Shown here in pieces: positions 58,050 through 64,000 of a stretch of DNA of 64,000 nucleotides. The notes beneath the pieces were generated by a model. That model saw only the letters and a list, made by a program, of their open reading frames with translations. It ran no database searches and was not told the origin of the DNA. The stretch is taken from positions 1,990,449 through 2,054,448 of the forward strand of contig CAWBEC010000001.1 of assembly GCA_963787715.1 (NCBI GenBank), in the 5' to 3' direction. The first letter of the stretch is position 1, and each line of letters starts with the position of its first letter. The DNA is from an uncultured Acidobacteriota bacterium. GTDB taxonomy: Bacteria > Acidobacteriota > Terriglobia > Terriglobales > Acidobacteriaceae. The position numbers and the translations under genes are program-made.

Positions 58050-59147
58050 TCAATCTTCGCTTCGATCCGCACCAGCTGCTCCGGTCGCGGTGTGGGCCTG
58101 CGGAGCCTGCACTGCGGCCAGCGCCTCTGCATCCTCATAGCTGGAGAGCATGCCCTTGACGGTGGCCAACATTCCGTCCAGAGAACCAAAGGTGTGGTTC
58201 ACCGCCGAAGGCTCAAAGCCGCAGTGCACCATGCAGTTGGCGCAGTGCGGATTGCCGCTCTTTTCGCCGTATCCGTCCCAGTTGGTCTCTTCGATCAGTT
58301 CCTTGAAAGTATCCGCATAGCCGTCCTGCAGCAGATAGCAGGGCTTCTGCCAGCCGAACATGGTGTAGGTCGGAATGCCCCAAGGGGTGCATTCGTAGTC
58401 GCGAAGGCCCATCAGGAATTCGAAAAACAGAGGCGTGGCGTTGAATCTCCAGCTCCGTTTACGATTGCTCAAAATCCGCCGGAAGAGCTCGCGGGTACGC
58501 TCTTTGCCCAGGAAATGCGATTGGTCGGGAGCCTTGTCATAGCTATAGCCGGGAGAGACCATCATGCTCTCCACGCCCAGCTCCATCATGTCGTCAAAGA
58601 AGCGGCGTACACTGGCCGGGTCTGCGCCATCGAACAGCGTGGAGTTGGTGGTTACCCGAAAGCCCCTGGCAACGGCTTCCTTCATCGCATCGACCGCAAC
58701 GTCGTAGACGCCCTCGCGGCAGACGGCAAAATCATGATGTTCGCGCTCGCCATCCAGATGCACCGTGAAGGTGAAGTACTTGCTCGGCTTGAACAGGTGC
58801 ATCTTCTCTTTGAGCAGCAGCGCGTTGGTGCACAGGTACACATACTTGCCGCGCTCGATCAGCCCCGCGACGATCTCGCCAATCTGGGGATGCAGCAGCG
58901 GTTCGCCGCCTGGAATGTTCACAATCGGAGCGCCGGCTTCTTCCACGGCGCGGAAGCACTCTTCCGGCGTAAGCTGGCTCTTCAGCACGTGTGCCGGATA
59001 CTGCACCTTGCCGCAACCGGCGCAGGCCAGATTACAGCGGAACAGCACCTCCAGCATCACCACCAGCGGGTACTGTTTGCGCCCCTGGAGCCGGTTCTTG
59101 AGCACATAACTGCTCACCGCCCACATTTGAGAAACCGGAACTGCCAT
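58050..59147 (-). CDS. hpnH: Adenosyl-hopene transferase (hopanoid side-chain radical SAM enzyme)
   Basis: 365-aa ORF with radical SAM CNLACAGC and HpnH-typical IPGGEPLLHP...YLCTNALLL...CTPWGIPTYTMFGWQKPCYLL...NCMVHCGFE. Confidence 0.85.
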   Translation of the reverse strand: MAVPVSQMWAVSSYVLKNRLQGRKQYPLVVMLEVLFRCNLACAGCGKVQYPAHVLKSQLTPEECFRAVEEAGAPIVNIPGGEPLLHPQIGEIVAGLIERGKYVYLCTNALLLKEKMHLFKPSKYFTFTVHLDGEREHHDFAVCREGVYDVAVDAMKEAVARGFRVTTNSTLFDGADPASVRRFFDDMMELGVESMMVSPGYSYDKAPDQSHFLGKERTRELFRRILSNRKRSWRFNATPLFFEFLMGLRDYECTPWGIPTYTMFGWQKPCYLLQDGYADTFKELIEETNWDGYGEKSGNPHCANCMVHCGFEPSAVNHTFGSLDGMLATVKGMLSSYEDAEALAAVQAPQAHTATGAAGADRSED

Positions 59148-59248
59148 TGAGAACTATCCCCCGTATTCCTATATCGTACCCGATTCGCAGCTCCTGCGGC
59201 CCGATGCATCGTCCGGTTCGGCGAATCCCGAATTAAACGCCCGCAATC

Positions 59249-59942
59249 TCAACCTGAATGGGCAAACAGCGCATGCATATTGTGCCGCAGCATGTTTTCC
59301 ACAATCCGGCTCTCTTCTTCGCCAATCGACTTCCATCCCATCGAGCGCATTACGGAGGCTCGATCGACTCTGGTGAACTTGATCATGGAAAGGATTGCCA
59401 TGAATTGGATGCGGGTTTCGGCTGCCTCTGCCGGCTGTTTTGTCAGCCGCGAAACATATTCAAAGCCGAGCTCCAGCATCGGGGCAAACTTGGTGTGAAG
59501 GATCTCAAAGGCCTCGGTCGGATCAAACTGCTCACGGTAGATGAACTGTCCCCATGAGCGCGGCGTGTGCGTTGCCCAGCATAATGTGGGCGAATTCCAC
59601 GATGAACTCGGTAAAGGCGCGCAGGGTCTCTTCATGGGTCAAGCCGGATTCGGTCAGTCTTTGCCGGGCGCGCTCGCACGCCGGCCTGAAACGCTCCGCT
59701 ATGTTCGAGCCGATGTACTCGGCGGCAGCATGGTAGAGTCCTAGCTTGCTGCCAAAGTAGTAGGGAATCGAGACCAGGTTGGCCTGTGCGCGCTCCACGA
59801 TGGTCCGGGTGCTCGCGCCTTCAAAGCCGAGTTCGGAAAAGACCTCCACCGCTACTTCGATCAGCCGCTGGCGGGTCCGTTCGCTCCGGTCCTGGCAACC
59901 AGAGCGTCCAAGGGCAGGTTTGATTTTCGTTGTGTTCGTCAT
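59249..59942 (-). pseudogene. TetR family transcriptional regulator, one frame break as sequenced
   Basis: The N-terminal HTH (RQRLIEVAVEVFSELGFEGASTRTIVERAQANLVSIPYYFGSK) ...IVEFAHIMLGNAH continues in another frame as TPRSWGQFIYREQFDPTEAFEIL.... The break is at ~59558-59572. It is divergent from the efflux operon. Confidence 0.8.
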
Positions 59943-60038
59943 TTCTTTACACTTTTCAGCAGAGATTCGATTGACAAATAAATCAACCGTATGATTTCTT
60001 AGTGATAGTAACCGAAGTCGGGTGGAGATTCAATCAAT

Positions 60039-61529
60039 CATGCAAGTTCACCAAATCTATCGCTGGCTGCTTCTGCGCACTCTTGGCCATTCCCGCCTCT
60101 GCCCAGCAACTAAGCGGCGCCCCATCTCCGCTCAGTGTTCCCCAGTCGCTGGACCAACTTCTAGCCTCGGAAGCTCAGAGTCCGTTCTCCGGCAGCGTTC
60201 CCTCCGCCAAACTAACTCCGGGCGTTCTCGATCTCAGCGTTGAGGATGCAATCGACCGCGGTCTCAGGTACAACCTGGGAATCGTCCTCAGCGGTCAGGC
60301 TACAGCCCAGGCCAAGGCGTCGCATCTAAAGGAGTTAAGCAACATCCTGCCTCAACTGACTGGCAGTTTGCGCGAGAGTGCGATCAAAATCAACCTCCAG
60401 GCAGAGGGCTTTGACTTCAATATTCCCGGCATGAACATCGGCGCGTGCCGTCAGCTTCGGCAACTCCGACGCCCGGGTATACATGACGGAGAACCTGGTC
60501 GATCTGCACTACATCGAAAACACGCGAGCCGCCACCGCCAATGTTCGTGCCGCCGGCTTCACCTTCAATTCCGCCAAAGAGACCGTAACCCTTGCGGTTG
60601 CCGCCAGTTATCTGCTGGTGATCGCCGCCGAGAGCCAGGTCGAGGCCGCAACGGCCGAGTTGAACACCGCCGAAGCGCTACAGCAGTTGGCCGAAGATCG
60701 CGAGGCTGCCGGCCTCTCACCCGATATCGATACGCTCGCGCTCGCGTGTTGAGTTGCAGGTCCGCCGGCAGAATCTGATCGAGGCCAACAACAACGTTGC
60801 CAAGCAGCGCATCGCGCTGCTGCGCGTTCTCGGACTCCCCGTCGCATCAGCAGATCAGGCTGGTCAGTCGCGTCCCATACAAGCCGCTGCCCAATGTCTC
60901 CGAAGAAGCGGCGTTGCAGCGTGCGCTCGCGGAGCGTCCCGACTACCTGGCCGCAGAGCAGCAGGTGAAAGCCGCCGAGCTGCAAAAGAAGGCCGCGGAA
61001 GCCGAGCGCCTGCCATCGATTGGAATCAATGGCGATTACGGTGTGCTCGGAACCCATCCCGACAACGCCTTTCCCACCTGGACCGCCAATGCAGGACTGA
61101 GAATTCCAATCTTTCAGGGTGGCAAGAGTTGAGGCTGACATCCGACAGGCCGACGCGGTTCTCCGGCAGCGCAGGGCCCAGCGCGATGATCTCAAAGGCC
61201 GTATCGAGCAGGACATCGCTGATGCCGTTCTCGACGCAACCGCCGCCGCGGAACAGGTCGAAGTAGCCAAGGCCACCCTTGACTATGCGCAGCAGACGCT
61301 GACCCAATCCGAGGATCGTTTCTCTGCCGGCGTCACCAATAACATTGAAGTCATACAGGCGCAGGAAGCGCTGGCCACGGCAAATCAGCAATACATCAGC
61401 AGTCTTTACTCTCACAACATTGCCAAGGTTCTGCTGGCGCGCGCTGTCGGCGCTGCCGAGCAAACGCTGCGTCAGGTTCTCGGCGGCGGCTCGGCCGTCC
61501 CGCAGGTCACTCCTGCCCCGGCCAAATAG
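60039..61529 (+). pseudogene. TolC-family outer membrane efflux protein, 4-5 frame breaks as sequenced
   Basis: The collinear fragments are: signal peptide KFTKSIAGCFCALLAIPASAQQ...NIPGMNIG / AVSFGNSDARVYMTENLVDL...SPDIDTL / RSRVELQVRRQNLIEANNNVAKQRIALLRVLGLP / HQQIRLVSRVPYKPLP...IPIFQGGK / VEADIRQADAVLRQ...NIAKVLLARAVG.... The breaks are at ~60438-60450, ~60737-60745, ~60841-60848 and ~61127. A further one right after ATG 60039 is tentative. Confidence 0.8.
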
Positions 61530-61572
61530 AAACCGAATTGCGAATCGTCCGAGAACTTTTGGAGAAACTGGA

Positions 61573-62754
61573 ATGGTAGGAACGGTACAGGAAGAACAAC
61601 TGAAGAAAACGGCTGCGGTTGATCACAAGTTGGGATTGTTCGAGCGCAAGCCGTGGCTGGCCACTCGTGTTGCGCGTGCTGCTGGTGGTCGCCCTCATCG
61701 GAGCTGCGCTTTTCTGGTGGCAGAGCCGCAAGTTTGAGAGATACCGACGATGCCCAGGTCGATGGCTACATCTATCCCATCAGCGCCCGTGTCGCTGGAC
61801 ACGTGATCAAGGTCAACGTCGAGGAAGGGCCAGTACGTCAAGGCCGGTACCGTGCTGGTTGAGATCGACGACCGCGACTACCAGGTTGCCGTCGAGCACG
61901 CCAAAGCCGATTACATGGATGCGCTCGCCTCCTCGCAGGCGGCGCAGTTCAATGTGCCGATCTCGCAGGTAGGCTCCAGCAGCCAGATTCATTCCGCGCA
62001 GGCCGATGTGCTCAACTCCGAAGCCGGAATCTCGGGGGCCACCAAGCAGGTTGAGGAAGCCGAGGCGCGGCTGATTCAGGCCCAGGCTAACGCCACCACG
62101 GCCAATGCCGACCGGGTGCGGTATGAGCAACTCGTGGGAAAGAAGGAGATCTCGCAGCAACAATATGAACAGGCAGTTGCTGCCGCCACCTCCGCCAATG
62201 CCACGGTTACCGCTGCCCAGGCCGGTGTCCGCTCCGCCCAGGAAATCGTAAAGCAAGCCCGTGCCCGCCTTGGCCAGGCGGAGGCGGCGCTCGCCAACGC
62301 CCAGATCACTCCGAAGCAGATCTCCGTGACCGAGGCTCGTGCCCGGGCGGGTGAGGCGCAGGCAGCCAAGGCCAAGGCCACGCTCGACCAGGCGGAGCTC
62401 AATCTTAGCTACACGAAAATCATCGCGCCCGTCGATGGCGTGGTCGGCACCCGCAACGCCCAGGTCGGACAGAACGTGCAGGTCGGTCAGGAACTGCTCT
62501 CGGTCGTGCCCTCGAAAGATATCTGGGTGACTGCCAATTTCAAGGAGACCCAGCTTGAGCATATGCGCCCCGGCCAGCCGGTTGAAATCAGGGTGGACGC
62601 GCTTGGCGGAAAGAAGTTCCAGGGCAGGATAACGAATATTGGCGGTGCAACCGGAGCGAAGTTCAGCCTCCTGCCCCCGGAGAACGCAACCGGTAACTAC
62701 GTCAAAGTGGTGCAGCGCGTTCCGGTTCGCATCGACTTTGCCGACGAGAGATAG
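61573..62754 (+). pseudogene. HlyD/EmrA-family membrane fusion protein, three frame breaks as sequenced
   Basis: MVGTVQEEQLKK...FERKPWL / PLVLRVLLVVALIGAALFWWQSRKFE / TDDAQVDGYIYPISARVAGHVIKVNVEEG / QYVKAGTVLVEIDDRDYQ...YTKIIAPVDGVVG...VPVRIDF. The breaks are at ~61655-61662, ~61736-61742 and ~61830. GGAGAA SD precedes ATG 61573. Confidence 0.85.
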
Positions 62755-62820
62755 CAGCACATTCAATCAGGATGGCAGGCTTCGCCCTGGACTTTCCGTG
62801 GATCCGGATGTGAGGGTTCG

Positions 62821-64000
62821 ATGAGCTCGCCCAAACTCGGCGTCAGCCCGCGATGGCGGCCGAGCCACAATCCCTGGGCCGTAGCCATGACGGTGACTCT
62901 GGCCACCTTCATGGAAGTGCTCGACACCTCGATTGCCAATGTGGCCCTGCCTCACATCGCCGGTTCGCTCTCGGCCGGGCAGGATGAATCCACATGGGTT
63001 TTGACCAGCTACCTGGTCTCCAATGCCATCGTGCTGCCTATCTCGGCGTGGGCCAGTGATCGCTTTGGCCGCAAGCGCTTTTATATGACTTGCGTCTTTC
63101 TTTTCACGCTTAGTTCGCTGTTGTGCGGTCTCTCCACCACTCTGCCGATGCTGATCTTTTTCCGTGTGCTGCAAGGCGCGGGTGGCGGCGGATTGGGGCC
63201 GAGCGAGCAGGCGATTTTGGCCGATACTTTCGAACCTAAGCAGCGCGGAATGGGTTTTGCCATGTATGGCATGGCCGTCGTTCTTGCTCCTGCAATTGGC
63301 CCCACCCTCGGCGGCTATCTCACGGACAACTACTCCTGGCATTGGATCTTCTTCATCAACGTTCCGGTCGGCATTCTCTCCCTCTTCCTCTCCGCGCGAA
63401 TGGTGGAGGATCCACCCTGGATCGACGACGCACAGGAGCGAGCGAAACATTCTCCGGTCGACTATATGGGCCTGAGCCTTATCGCCGTTGGTCTTGGAGC
63501 GTTGCAGGTAGTTCTCGACAAAGGTGCAGCGCGAAGACTGGCTGTCTTCGCACTTCATCCAGATTTTTACCTTGCTTACGGTCGTCGCCCTGCTCGGCTT
63601 CGTCGTCTGGGAGTTGCGTGAGAAACATCCCATCCTGAATCTGCGGTTGCTCAAGAACCGCAACTTTGCCGTGAGCAATGTGCTCATGTTCACCCTGGGC
63701 TTCGTGCTCTACGGAACCACCGTGCTGATCCCGCAGTTTTTGCAGACGGTGCTGGGCTACACCGCCCAACTTGCCGGAATGGCGCTCTCCCCCGGTGGTC
63801 TGGTGGTGATGGCCATGATGCCGGTCGTTGGAGTTCTAGTCTCTCGCGTCGATCCCAGAAAGCTGATCACATTCGGGTTTCTTGCGCTGGCTGCGTCCAT
63901 GTTCCACATGTCCTCGATCTATCTCGGCATCGACTTCAAGACAGCGATGATGTACCGCATCTTCCAGTCATTCGGACTCGCATTCCTGTTCGTGCCCATC
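62821..64000 (+). pseudogene. DHA2-family MFS efflux pump (EmrB/QacA type), one frame break; 3' end beyond the window
   Basis: ...LDTSIANVALPHI...SDRFGRKRFY...RVLQGAGGG...LQVVLDKG continues in another frame as QREDWLSSHFIQIFTLLTVVALLGFVVWELREKHPILNLRLLKNRNF... to the window edge. The break is at ~63526. Confidence 0.85.

Noticed and set aside
29459-64000. Programmed ribosomal frameshifting or recoding as an explanation for the frame breaks.
   Set aside because: I found no shared slippery heptamer or downstream structure at the sites. The breaks go in both directions and occur several times per gene, in unrelated housekeeping genes that are not known to use recoding.

Overview
GC-rich bacterial chromosomal core region. 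The gene content, Gly-rich TonB, CarboxypepD_reg proteins, hpnH and GTCATCCTGAGC-type intergenic repeats look Acidobacteriota-like, but this is an inference I cannot verify here. All product calls come from motifs I recognise in the supplied translations; no database search was run.

I count about 65 protein genes and 2 tRNAs. In order:
- xseA (partial), a secreted tetrahaem cytochrome c, rpsT, gltX, glnS, pyrE, mtnA
- a sugar-nucleotide/glycosyltransferase/aldo-keto-reductase operon, osmC, chorismate mutase-tyrA
- amgK-murU, tonB, and purN/purM split by a DinB gene
- Pat acetyltransferase and CobB sirtuin, and an ABC exporter
- an eight-gene his operon (hisI-G-D-C-B-H-F-A), sucA, and ccmF-ccmH with two CcmI-like genes
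- htpX, moxR, ychF, a ZIP transporter, panE, hpnH
- a TetR-TolC-HlyD-EmrB efflux operon that runs off the 3' edge

I saw no rRNA, CRISPR, transposase, integrase, phage or recognisable defence genes.

Most notable observations:
1. A candidate His-codon leader peptide plus strong intrinsic terminator sits immediately upstream of the his operon.
2. At least 22 single-nucleotide reading-frame breaks are confined to a few blocks (29.4-35.1 kb, 40.8 kb, 52.3-52.7 kb, 55.2-63.6 kb), while 1-29.4 kb has none. The efflux operon alone carries about 10.
3. Two intergenic repeat families are present. One is MITE-like and brackets the DinB gene lying between purN and purM.
4. There is a 41-aa secreted peptide whose mature part is 10/18 histidine.
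5. There is an AmgK kinase fused to a RapZ-C-terminal-like domain.
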